Shown here: piece after piece, positions 17,941 to 25,674 of the stretch | Layout of the letters: the number at the start of each line of letters is the position of its first letter | Numbering within the stretch: the stretch's first letter is position 1 | Source: a virus | Lineage: Duplodnaviria; Heunggongvirae; Uroviricota; Caudoviricetes | Length of the DNA stretch: 34,339 nucleotides | Direction: 5' to 3' (one strand) | Virus record (IMG/VR): IMGVR_UViG_2648501437_000013 | Position numbers and translations under genes: made by a program | The notes under the pieces: generated by a model | What the model was told of the DNA's origin: nothing | The model's database searches: none | What the model saw: the letters and a program-made list of their open reading frames with translations, nothing else

Positions 17941-18594
17941 TTAAATCGTGTCGGAGGGCTTTTTACGCGCGTTACGCGCTGCGTTTATGCTTATGACGCC
18001 AGCTTTTGGACGTGGGTCAACAAGGTTAAGCTCTTCTTCACTGTGGTATTCGAGGTCGAACTCACGTTTTACATGTCTGATGTAGATTGCGGTGAGCAGG
18101 CTATCTTTGGTTAGGAAGTGTCCGTAGGATTTGCGGATCACTTCTTCTACCTTCTCGATTTTCTCACCCCCCATACAGAGATGATTAAACCGGCTGTGTT
18201 TTCGCAACATTTCGTCTACTGGACCTGAGTAAACCTTGTCTACTTTCCCAAAACGGATGATTTTCCCTGTGTCTGCGGATACAAGGCAAATCAGCTTGTC
18301 TGGTGATAAACGATCTCGCCACGTCACACCTGAACGGAGTGTGTTGAAGTAGGGGGCATCCAATCCGATGATCGGTTTACGAAATGCGAGCAATGGAACG
18401 TACCTGATGCAACTGTTTAAATGAAAATTCACACCAGCCTTATCAAGTTTAATTCTGGTTTCGTAGATCGGGCACTTCGCCGCTATACCGCAGATGTCAC
18501 AAAGCAACTTCTGCTTATTCAGGTTGGAATTTGATTCGATAGTGTAGGAGCCGTCTTCAAGACGACGAACCCAGCGCGTGCGTTTTAGATCCAT
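17941..18594 (-). CDS. Hypothetical protein (217 aa), divergent from the replication origin
   Basis: Intact ORF; N-terminal CDICG...C pair; no confident family assignment. Confidence 0.5.
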   Translation of the reverse strand: MDLKRTRWVRRLEDGSYTIESNSNLNKQKLLCDICGIAAKCPIYETRIKLDKAGVNFHLNSCIRYVPLLAFRKPIIGLDAPYFNTLRSGVTWRDRLSPDKLICLVSADTGKIIRFGKVDKVYSGPVDEMLRKHSRFNHLCMGGEKIEKVEEVIRKSYGHFLTKDSLLTAIYIRHVKREFDLEYHSEEELNLVDPRPKAGVISINAARNARKKPSDTI

Positions 18595-18672
18595 ATGTCA
18601 TTTTTCTGTGATTGTTAGCCGAGGCAACGATAACCCACCAGGTGCGCCGAAGGTAGTAAATGCCTGTTTTAA

Positions 18673-18690
18673 TTATTCACATATCCACAG
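18673..18690. promoter_or_regulatory. Two tandem DnaA-box-like 9-mers (TTATTCACA, ATATCCACA)
   Basis: Each matches TTATNCACA at 8/9 positions; located just upstream of the GATC cluster and iterons. Confidence 0.55.
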
Positions 18691-18694
18691 GATA

Positions 18695-18753
18695 GATCCT
18701 AATAAAGAGATCCATAGATAGATCCTTGTATAGATCAAATAAGATCCCCGATC
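18695..18753. promoter_or_regulatory. Cluster of six GATC sites in 59 bp (repeated AGATCC units)
   Basis: GATC at 18695, 18709, 18721, 18733, 18743, 18750; resembles the Dam-methylation-dependent GATC repeats of P1 oriR and oriC. Confidence 0.6.
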
Positions 18754-18793
18754 GCTGTAAGCCGCGCCACGACTGGTCTGAAGCCATGTTCAT

Positions 18794-18895
18794 GTATGCT
18801 ACCAGCGGTAATTGATAGTCTGTCAACGGTTCGCCGTATGCTGCCAACTGTTTTTGGTATGCTGCCAGCGGCAAATCAAGTATGCTGTCAGCGGT
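18794..18895 (+). repeat. Origin-proximal iteron array (about 4 copies of TATGCTGYCAGCGGT, two degenerate)
   Basis: Copies at 18794, 18837 (degenerate), 18858, 18881, directly upstream of the repA start. Confidence 0.75.
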
Positions 18896-18915
18896 TGAAT
18901 GACAAAGGTGTCCAC

Positions 18916-20010
18916 ATGTCCACAAAAAATAAAAAAGGTAAAAATAACAAAGAAGTAGAAGATAATCTCGACAACTTTGAAGAAGGTTCCCTTGAATTGT
19001 ACACAGGGGAACTTGTCCCTAATAGCAACAATACAGTCCAACCAATTGCGTTGATGCGGCTGGGGTTGTTCGTGCCCACGCTCAAGGGGACAAAATACAG
19101 CAAGCGTAACAAGCCAAATGAGATCGATGCTTCAAAGGAGCTTGTTCAGCTCGAAGTAGCCCGTTCTGAAGGTTATTCCGATATCAAGATAACCGGTCCT
19201 CGTCTCGACATGGATCATGATTTCAAAACGTGGGTGGGCGTTGTGCGTTCGCTGGCAGAATACGGCGAACCTAACGGTCGTGTCGAGTTAAGCATCACGA
19301 AATTTGCGAAGTTTTGTGGCTATCCATCGTCACAGATCCGCAAAACACTCCGCGACCGGCTTACAAACAGTCTTTTGAAGATCATGCGTACAACTCTGTC
19401 TTTTCAGAGAACGTATGAAGAAAAGAACGTCGACGGCTCTAACAAGATCTCGCTTCTGATGGTGCACCTCATCAATAGCGTGGACTACAACGAGCAGAAA
19501 GATACGGTGGTGTTCTATGCAGAACCGAAGCTGGCCGAACTATATCGCTTTGACCATAAAGTTCTTTTGCAGTTAAAGGTTATCAATAAGCTACCACGCA
19601 AAGAAACAGCACAGGCTCTGTACACCTTCATCGAAAGTCTTCCAACCAAGCCTGCGCCGGTATCGCTTGCTCGATTACGTGCGCGACTCAATTTGAGTAG
19701 CAGGAATGTCAGCTCGCAGAATCAGACTATACGTAACGGCTTAAAAGCTCTCCAAGATTTGGGCTATCTCGAATACAGCGAGATTAAGCGAGGGCGGTCG
19801 ATCTATATCCAGATTCACAGCCGCAATCCAAAACTCAAAGTCGCACCGCCAAAACCTGAAGACATCGAACCCAAAAAACCAGATGAGAAAGCTGGGGAAA
19901 TTGATGCCAAACAGAACATTATCAACAAGATAACCGAACTTTCGCAGAATTTGACGCCTGAAAATATCAAGATGATTGAGATCCTTTCCAATAGTCTCAA
20001 ACTGCTTTGA
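18916..20010 (+). CDS. repA: Replication initiator RepA (P1 RepA / RepFIB-type)
   Basis: Recalled similarity to P1 RepA (NSNNTVQPIALMRLGLFVP, DIKITGPRLDMDHDFKTW, YTFIESLP, HSRNPKLK); start moved to ATG 18916 (AAAGG RBS) because the track start reads through the iterons. Confidence 0.85.
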   Translation: MSTKNKKGKNNKEVEDNLDNFEEGSLELYTGELVPNSNNTVQPIALMRLGLFVPTLKGTKYSKRNKPNEIDASKELVQLEVARSEGYSDIKITGPRLDMDHDFKTWVGVVRSLAEYGEPNGRVELSITKFAKFCGYPSSQIRKTLRDRLTNSLLKIMRTTLSFQRTYEEKNVDGSNKISLLMVHLINSVDYNEQKDTVVFYAEPKLAELYRFDHKVLLQLKVINKLPRKETAQALYTFIESLPTKPAPVSLARLRARLNLSSRNVSSQNQTIRNGLKALQDLGYLEYSEIKRGRSIYIQIHSRNPKLKVAPPKPEDIEPKKPDEKAGEIDAKQNIINKITELSQNLTPENIKMIEILSNSLKLL

Positions 20011-20542
20011 TATGCTGTCAGCGGTGAAATGTATGCTATCAGCGGCTATTTTTCTGAAAAGTATGCTGTGAACGGTTAAAGATATGCTACCAGCGGTATA
20101 GTGAGATAAACGTATGCTGTGAGCGGTAAATCATCTATCACCACTCAATGCTCTGGCATACCTCCCCAGTGGTTACTAACCTCGAAGAGTGCATTCCATA
20201 TAGGTTTGCGCTCACTAACATTCTATTGCCGTTGCGCTGATTGCTTGTAGTGAAAGGCATTTATTGCCTGCTGCTCCCTGATAGAACGTATGCTGTCAGC
20301 GGTGTTTTATTGAGGAATTTTTGTTTGGATATGCTATCAGCGGTAATTAATGGTATATGTCAGACCTTCGTATGCTGCCAGCGGTAATTTTGTTCTGGTT
20401 ATACCCATACCGGTACACATTATTCATGCAATGTCTTAAGTATGCTGTCAGCGGTAAAAAATCGAGTAAAGTATGCTGTGAGCGGTGAGATAAACTCTCG
20501 ATATGCTATCAGCGGTAATTGATTGTGTATGCTGTCAGCGGT
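20011..20542 (+). repeat. Downstream iteron array, 12 copies of TATGCT(G/A)(T/C)(C/G)A(G/A)CGG(T/C) in two groups (5 + 7) separated by a ~160-bp spacer
   Basis: Copies at 20011, 20032, 20062, 20083, 20113, 20289, 20330, 20371, 20441, 20472, 20503, 20528, all in the same orientation; position matches a P1 incA-like copy-control locus. Confidence 0.8.
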
Positions 20543-20558
20543 GACGACTATGAAATAT

Positions 20559-20580
20559 GACTGCGGCACGTGCCGCAGTC
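20559..20580. terminator. Perfect 22-bp palindrome GACTGCGGCACGTGCCGCAGTC
   Basis: Read directly; sits between the iteron array and the stop of minus gene 20590..20802; no strong T-run, so it may be a protein-binding site rather than a terminator. Confidence 0.4.
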
Positions 20581-20589
20581 AGTTTGCAT

Positions 20590-20802
20590 TTAGTGTATTT
20601 TCTTTAACAGACCCCAAAGTGTTCCGGCTTTTGTAGTCAGTTTTCCTGTTTCTGGATCGTACATACGCCATTCACGCCGCTGGTGGACGATATACCCATC
20701 TTCACGTTCCAGACGCTCAAGAATGCCAGGCTGCTTGAAACCCTTAGCACGCCAGTAGCCGCTTGTTTTCTCGATTTCCAGACCTGCCAGTGTTAATGCC
20801 AT
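20590..20802 (-). CDS. Hypothetical protein (70 aa)
   Basis: Intact ORF translationally coupled to the upstream gene. Confidence 0.4.
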   Translation of the reverse strand: MALTLAGLEIEKTSGYWRAKGFKQPGILERLEREDGYIVHQRREWRMYDPETGKLTTKAGTLWGLLKKIH

Positions 20803-21137
20803 TATCCAACCTCCTTGCAGTCATCGAAAAGGTAGCTTTGCTGAGAAGCGTGAACGCCATAGAAGCCCTTGTATTTGTTGTATACGAAGTGGTCTTCTCC
20901 GACGCCGGTTAATTTGCCATTACGGTTTGTGAGATATGGGGATGACAATACTCGATCGTCACGCACTACATAGAACTGGTCGCCGCTGTCTACGACCATC
21001 GCGCCATATGGTGCTTTTATGACGTCGGTAAAAGCGCCATTCTTAATGTCGGCTACAGACATTTCACACTGATAAACAGTGGTGTCGGCCACAACGATCG
21101 AAGAAAGGAACAACAGAGCGAATGGGATGGCCTTCAT
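20802..21137 (-). CDS. Predicted secreted/periplasmic protein (111 aa) with N-terminal signal peptide
   Basis: MKAIPFALLFLSSIVVA hydrophobic leader followed by a polar mature region with two Cys. Confidence 0.55.
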   Translation of the reverse strand: MKAIPFALLFLSSIVVADTTVYQCEMSVADIKNGAFTDVIKAPYGAMVVDSGDQFYVVRDDRVLSSPYLTNRNGKLTGVGEDHFVYNKYKGFYGVHASQQSYLFDDCKEVG

Positions 21138-21313
21138 GCTGCCACCTCTTTGATTACATCAAATGCTGAATTAAATACGAGCACGATAGCCAAAGCGTTT
21201 ATGACTACTTCGTTCACCGGGGAAAAGACTTTACGAATGACACCAGTGAAAATGCAGTCGATGACAAAAGCTATTGACACGATGAGTAACAAGTATTCAA
21301 TAAAAATCTTCAT
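21134..21313 (-). CDS. Small hydrophobic membrane protein (59 aa, two predicted TM helices), absent from the ORF track
   Basis: My translation: MKIFIEYLLLIVSIAFVIDCIFTGVIRKVFSPVNEVVINALAIVLVFNSAFDVIKEVAA; its TGA overlaps the ATG of 20802..21137 (ATGA coupling). No strong RBS. Confidence 0.35.
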   Translation of the reverse strand: MKIFIEYLLLIVSIAFVIDCIFTGVIRKVFSPVNEVVINALAIVLVFNSAFDVIKEVAA

Positions 21314-21352
21314 GATAGGTAGATACTAACTTATATAAATTTTACTGTAAAC

Positions 21353-21628
21353 TCACTCAAAAGTGCTGATGCTTAAAATACGCTCAAGATGTGCGGCATC
21401 TTCATCACTGATTTGTTGAGTCTCTTCTACGTACCAACAGTTGCCGTTATGCCAACAAACACCATCATCATCAACCATCACTGAATCAGCGTCATGACCT
21501 GTATATTCAACGAGAATGCGCTGGATCAGCGCGTCAGTTTCTTCGTCGTTAAGGCCATCGGCTTTGACCATAAAAAGCGGAAACACGTCATAGACAGTGC
21601 TGGTAACGATTCGAACTAAAACTCTCAT
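21353..21628 (-). CDS. Hypothetical protein (91 aa)
   Basis: Intact ORF preceded by the conserved CCACAAAAGGAAAAACAC leader. Confidence 0.5.
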   Translation of the reverse strand: MRVLVRIVTSTVYDVFPLFMVKADGLNDEETDALIQRILVEYTGHDADSVMVDDDGVCWHNGNCWYVEETQQISDEDAAHLERILSISTFE

Positions 21629-21683
21629 GTGTTTTTCCTTTTGTGGTTAGTGTTTACTTATTTTGTTAGTTATGAATAGGCGA

Positions 21684-22109
21684 TCAATCTTCTTGTTTAG
21701 GGAAAAACTGTTCAATAACTCTGTCAACGGCTGTGTCTATATGGAGTAGATGCCACACAACCATATCTTTGCTTCCCATGCCTTGTGTGAATATCACGTC
21801 ATACTTACGCCATGCGCAGTGGAACCAATATGCTGAGTCATCAATTGGTAAATCCTCTCCCGCCTCTTTGAAGTATTTCAGCAGCATTGCCTGCTCTGCC
21901 GTTGGCGTTGGACCTATTTCCTGAGCGTACATACGGATGAATCGCTGCCAGTCTGTCTCGTCGGGGGTTGGATCTGGTGGGGTCATTTCTGCGATAGCGT
22001 TTCGTAGCTGATGCGCCCAATCAGGTTCAGGAAAGCCTTTTGCTACTTCATCATCAATAACATCCAGAGCCACGTTTGCGGCATCGTAGAGTTTCTTAAT
22101 AGCTGTCAT
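21684..22109 (-). CDS. Hypothetical protein (141 aa)
   Basis: Intact ORF, first gene after terminator 22160..22196. Confidence 0.5.
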   Translation of the reverse strand: MTAIKKLYDAANVALDVIDDEVAKGFPEPDWAHQLRNAIAEMTPPDPTPDETDWQRFIRMYAQEIGPTPTAEQAMLLKYFKEAGEDLPIDDSAYWFHCAWRKYDVIFTQGMGSKDMVVWHLLHIDTAVDRVIEQFFPKQED

Positions 22110-22159
22110 GTTTTCTTATCCTTTTAAACAAATTGTTTTCTTAATAAGATAATTGCGAT

Positions 22160-22196
22160 AAAAAAGGCGTCCAACTGGACGCCTGAACTTTTTAGG
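22160..22196. terminator. Rho-independent terminator A6-GGCGTCCA-act-GGACGCC-T5
   Basis: GC-rich stem flanked by A-run and T-run (bidirectional); downstream of the SPFH gene. Confidence 0.8.
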
Positions 22197-22200
22197 GGAG

Positions 22201-23031
22201 TTATTTCACTGTAATGAAAGGAGTGTTAGCCCCTTGAGTCATGTACTGCGGTAACTGGCCATTCCATTTATTGATGGCTTCCAGTTCCATAACGTTCGGG
22301 TTTTGACGCAGAGCTTCACCGCGCAGACGAATGGCGTCTGCTTCTGCTTGCGCACGAGCACGGATAGCATCAGCTTCACCATTAGCCTGTTCACGTAGCA
22401 TATTCGCCTCAGCTTTACGTTGTTCAACTTCCTGCTGACGTTGCAGAGTACGCTGGTTAGCCGTTACTTTGGCGTTAATAGATTCAATGACAGTTTTTGG
22501 GTAATCAGGCTTTCCAACCCATGACAGGCTCAGTACCTCAATACCAACCGGAGACATCTCTTTCTGAATATCTTTCAGTGCGTTGTCCAGCAATTGTGCC
22601 TTACCACCGTCGATAAATGAGTCAGTGGTCATACGGCTGGCCAAACGGTTTAGAGAGTCGGCAATTTTCTGACGCAGATCTGATTCGGTGATATCGTCTA
22701 CGCCTTTGCGATAGGTCTGGAACACCGTCGTTACCTTGTCACGATTAACCAGATACGCAACGCCAATTTTGTGACCAATAGCAGTACCGTCACTCATCTG
22801 GAATGTGAACGGCTCGTCGTAGGTCTTCATTTGTTTGAAGGTCGGGAATACGTAAAGTTCGGTGTTAAGACCTGTCCATTGGCGACCAACGCCAACCACT
22901 TCACCAATCCCTTTGTCTTCACCTAATTTGTTTACTTTGATGCCAACGTATCCAGGCTCCACGCGATCGCAGCCAGTAAGACCCATTGTGCAAATAGCCG
23001 CCAGAGCAACTGCAAGTAAACCTTTCTTCAT
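22201..23031 (-). CDS. SPFH/Band-7 (stomatin/prohibitin-like) lipoprotein
   Basis: Signal peptide with lipobox LTGC; core resembles the SPFH domain; C-terminal Ala/Glu/Arg/Gln-rich coiled-coil region. Confidence 0.65.
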   Translation of the reverse strand: MKKGLLAVALAAICTMGLTGCDRVEPGYVGIKVNKLGEDKGIGEVVGVGRQWTGLNTELYVFPTFKQMKTYDEPFTFQMSDGTAIGHKIGVAYLVNRDKVTTVFQTYRKGVDDITESDLRQKIADSLNRLASRMTTDSFIDGGKAQLLDNALKDIQKEMSPVGIEVLSLSWVGKPDYPKTVIESINAKVTANQRTLQRQQEVEQRKAEANMLREQANGEADAIRARAQAEADAIRLRGEALRQNPNVMELEAINKWNGQLPQYMTQGANTPFITVK

Positions 23032-23034
23032 TAC

Positions 23035-23235
23035 TTATTTCCCCTTTGCTTTGATTAATGAGTTGATAAACTTACGACCAGCAATAAGACCGATTACAGG
23101 AGCACCAAAACCAACGATAACTCCAAACATGACGGCTAAATCACTCTTGGTAGAAATCAGCGACGGAACCAGTAAACCGTAGATGAGAGCCACTGAAAGG
23201 CCTGTGGCTACTGCCAATAGATAGATTTTGATCAT
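23035..23235 (-). CDS. Small membrane protein (66 aa, two TM segments), first gene of the SPFH operon
   Basis: Hydrophobic sequence MIKIYLLAVATGLSVALIYGLLVP...VIVGFGAPVIGLIAG; conserved leader upstream. Confidence 0.5.
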   Translation of the reverse strand: MIKIYLLAVATGLSVALIYGLLVPSLISTKSDLAVMFGVIVGFGAPVIGLIAGRKFINSLIKAKGK

Positions 23236-23267
23236 GTGTTTTCCTATGTGGTTGTTATGCGAAAATA

Positions 23268-23283
23268 ATAAGTAAGTGCTTAT
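23268..23283. promoter_or_regulatory. Palindromic motif ATAAGTAAGTGCTTAT upstream of the SPFH operon
   Basis: Arms ATAAG/CTTAT; recurrent motif family. Confidence 0.4.
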
Positions 23284-23297
23284 ATATTTTCAAGAGA

Positions 23298-23325
23298 TAA
23301 AAAAGGCGTCCTGTGGACGCCTTGT
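23298..23325 (-). terminator. Rho-independent terminator A6-GGCGTCC-tgt-GGACGCC (T6 on minus strand)
   Basis: Same GGCGTCC...GGACGCC stem as 22160 and 25635; downstream of the recombinase gene. Confidence 0.8.
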
Positions 23326-23327
23326 GT

Positions 23328-24401
23328 TTACTCTTCTACTGACTCGGTGGGGTTGTCTTTTGCTCTTCGGTCGTCGATTGCCTGCAAAGCCGCAATGATT
23401 TCAGCCAGTGGCTTCTCCCGATACATCTCGACGATCTGCGATTTGGTGTATTTCTTGTCACCAATTTCAACTCGCCCGCTGGCGTTCTTTGGCAGGTATC
23501 CTTCTTCCAGCATGTACTCGACGAGCGATTCGATAACGTCGAGGCCACGAGTAGGATCGAAGTAGAATTTCCAGGTGCATTTGCCATACGGTGGTGCAAC
23601 TTTGTTTTTGATGCATTCTGCGCCTACGTCCTGGCCGATCTTCTCTTTACCATCCTTCATCACCGATGCACCAAGACGGATACGTACAGAAGCGTAGAAC
23701 TTCGGTGAATCTCCACCTGGCGACGTAGTAGGGTCGCCAAACATTACACCGATTTTTGTGCGAACCTGATTCAAGAAGATGATGCAGGCGTTGTATTTGC
23801 GTGCCCACAAAGCCAGAGTAGGGAAGTTCGCACTCGTCGCACGAGCCAGTGCCGTATTGTCGTTCATGTTTAGCTGATCTTTGTCTTTGGCAGTGCCTTC
23901 AGCCATCTTTTCGAACTTCTCGGCTTTGGAGTTCGGAACCATAGACGCAAGAGAGTCAGCCACGATACAGATTGGTGCTGATTCGGGGATAAGCTCTTCA
24001 TCACGAACCAATTTAAGTATTGTGCCGATCAACTCTACAGAGTCTTCGAAGGTATCTGGCTGCTTGTATACCCACTGACCGTCATCCTCATCTGCGTTCA
24101 GGCCATTGGCGACAGCCAGGCCAACGTCAAAACTGTTTTCATGATCGAGGAATACCGCCAGACCATCTTGTTTTTGAGCGGAGATCATCGCTGCTGTTGC
24201 AAGGAACGTTTTCCCTGCACTTGGAGGACCGAATACTTCGACGATACGACCACATGGGAAGCCGCCATCGTAACGACCAGAAATAGCTTTGTTTAACGGT
24301 GGAAAGCCTGTATCAATCCAATGAGTTACTTTCTGAATTTCGTCGTTGCTACCGATTTTCTTTTTCAGAGCAAGTGCCAGTGCGGATTTTCCTTTTGCCA
24401 T
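23328..24401 (-). CDS. RecA-superfamily recombinase (UvsX/RecA-like)
   Basis: Walker A VEVFGPPSAGKTF, Walker B-like VFLDHENSFD; ~357 aa as for RecA/UvsX. Confidence 0.8.
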   Translation of the reverse strand: MAKGKSALALALKKKIGSNDEIQKVTHWIDTGFPPLNKAISGRYDGGFPCGRIVEVFGPPSAGKTFLATAAMISAQKQDGLAVFLDHENSFDVGLAVANGLNADEDDGQWVYKQPDTFEDSVELIGTILKLVRDEELIPESAPICIVADSLASMVPNSKAEKFEKMAEGTAKDKDQLNMNDNTALARATSANFPTLALWARKYNACIIFLNQVRTKIGVMFGDPTTSPGGDSPKFYASVRIRLGASVMKDGKEKIGQDVGAECIKNKVAPPYGKCTWKFYFDPTRGLDVIESLVEYMLEEGYLPKNASGRVEIGDKKYTKSQIVEMYREKPLAEIIAALQAIDDRRAKDNPTESVEE

Positions 24402-24403
24402 GA

Positions 24404-24676
24404 TCAGGCTCCTTTTGTTTCGTTGATTCGTTTTAAAGCGGCGGATTCATCGAATACAATCGCATCGTGGTTAAGGAGTCTGGATACACGAGCGAGGATT
24501 TTTACGACCTGCTCGCTGACTAATCCAAACTCGCGATCTGTCGCTTTCATTCCGGCAGCGCCTAGAATTGACGGCAGTGCGATGACAGCGTACTCACCGT
24601 GATAAAAGACAATCTCTTTTGCCAGTTGGGCAGGGGTGGTTGTAGCGCCATTGATAATCGATTTAAGCATTAGCAA
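24404..24676 (-). CDS. Hypothetical protein (90 aa)
   Basis: Intact ORF between FEN and recombinase, overlapping both. Confidence 0.45.
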   Translation of the reverse strand: MLMLKSIINGATTTPAQLAKEIVFYHGEYAVIALPSILGAAGMKATDREFGLVSEQVVKILARVSRLLNHDAIVFDESAALKRINETKGA

Positions 24677-25614
24677 TACCTTTCGAATGGAAGAACAAAC
24701 ACTTCAAGGTCTTCAAGGAACGAACGGAAATTCAGCTCGTAGCACAGTTGCTCGAATGCTTTCACGTCACGATTGCCTTTGATTGTTTCGATTTCGGTAG
24801 GCGGAAACTTCGTCTCAATCAGGTTCATTAGCGTGATGTTTCTCTTGAACGCTTCGAGCATTCGACAGCCTGTTTTCTCGTTGAAGGCATTCTTCGCTAG
24901 TTTGTTGAAGGCGGTCTTATGACGCCCTTTATTAACCACGATTGAGCCGTCGTTGATGCCGCGTACCATCGTTGCGACACTTCCCCATTCATGCAGCAGC
25001 TCTTTCGCACCGCCAGCACCAATGCCACCAACACCGCTAATGTTGTCCGAGTTATCGCCTTGTAATGCTTTTGCTTCCAAAAATGCGCGAGGCGTGGCGA
25101 ATCCTGTCAGCTCCGCAAATTGCTCAAAATTAACCTGCTTGTTTTTGGCGTCTTCACGCAGGCTTACCCAGCTTACGTTTTCACGAACTAACTGAAGCCA
25201 GTCGCTATCGCCTGTTAACAGATAGATGTGTTCAACGGTTGGCTGCGGTGCCATGCGGGATACCAGCAGCCCGGCCAGATCATCCGCTTCTGCATCTTTT
25301 GCAATGAGTTGGGTAACTCCAAGCGCGGTCATCATTTTGAGGATGTATGGCTTCTGGATAGCAAAGCCTTCCTTCATCTTTTTCATATCAGGATCGTCGT
25401 CGCGATTTGCTTTGTAGTCCGGGTAAAAGTCGCGACGCTTGTCACTAAATCCATCCCAAAGAATCATAGGTCGGGCATGGAGGATGGAGGCATAACGACG
25501 GACGTTCTTAACAAAGCCGAAAGCAGCCTGTACTTCCATTTCGCCGTTGTGCAATTTGTCAGATTGTTGGTGGTAATAACCCAGGCTATTGCCATCTACG
25601 AAGAGATAATTCAC
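24670..25614 (-). CDS. 5'-3' exonuclease / flap endonuclease (FEN, PIN + H3TH)
   Basis: Motifs VDGNSL, YKANR, EADD, TGDSDWLQL, GDNSDNISGVGGIG; track start (GTG 25665) lies in the upstream terminator hairpin, so start moved to GTG ~25614 preceded by GGAAGG. Confidence 0.8.
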   Translation of the reverse strand: MNYLFVDGNSLGYYHQQSDKLHNGEMEVQAAFGFVKNVRRYASILHARPMILWDGFSDKRRDFYPDYKANRDDDPDMKKMKEGFAIQKPYILKMMTALGVTQLIAKDAEADDLAGLLVSRMAPQPTVEHIYLLTGDSDWLQLVRENVSWVSLREDAKNKQVNFEQFAELTGFATPRAFLEAKALQGDNSDNISGVGGIGAGGAKELLHEWGSVATMVRGINDGSIVVNKGRHKTAFNKLAKNAFNEKTGCRMLEAFKRNITLMNLIETKFPPTEIETIKGNRDVKAFEQLCYELNFRSFLEDLEVFVLPFERYC

Positions 25615-25634
25615 CGGTACATTCCTTCCAAAAA

Positions 25635-25660
25635 GTAAGGCGTCCGTAGACGCCTTACTG
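25635..25660 (-). terminator. Rho-independent terminator GTAAGGCGTC-cgta-GACGCCTTAC (T5 on minus strand)
   Basis: 10-bp stem; downstream of the SSB stop (25675). Confidence 0.7.
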
Positions 25661-25674
25661 GTCACGTAATGGGA

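Noticed and set aside
18677-18925. 82-aa minus-strand ORF overlapping the origin and repA start
   Set aside because: Its sequence (LAAYQKQLAAYGEPLTDYQLPLVAY) is a translation of the iteron repeats and the GATC cluster; it overlaps the repA start and has no RBS. Treated as a repeat artefact.
18794-20542. Possible CRISPR array (many short direct repeats)
   Set aside because: Repeats are 15 bp, degenerate, irregularly spaced (21-70 bp), and flank a RepA gene. These are replication iterons, not CRISPR repeats with uniform unique spacers, and no cas genes are present.
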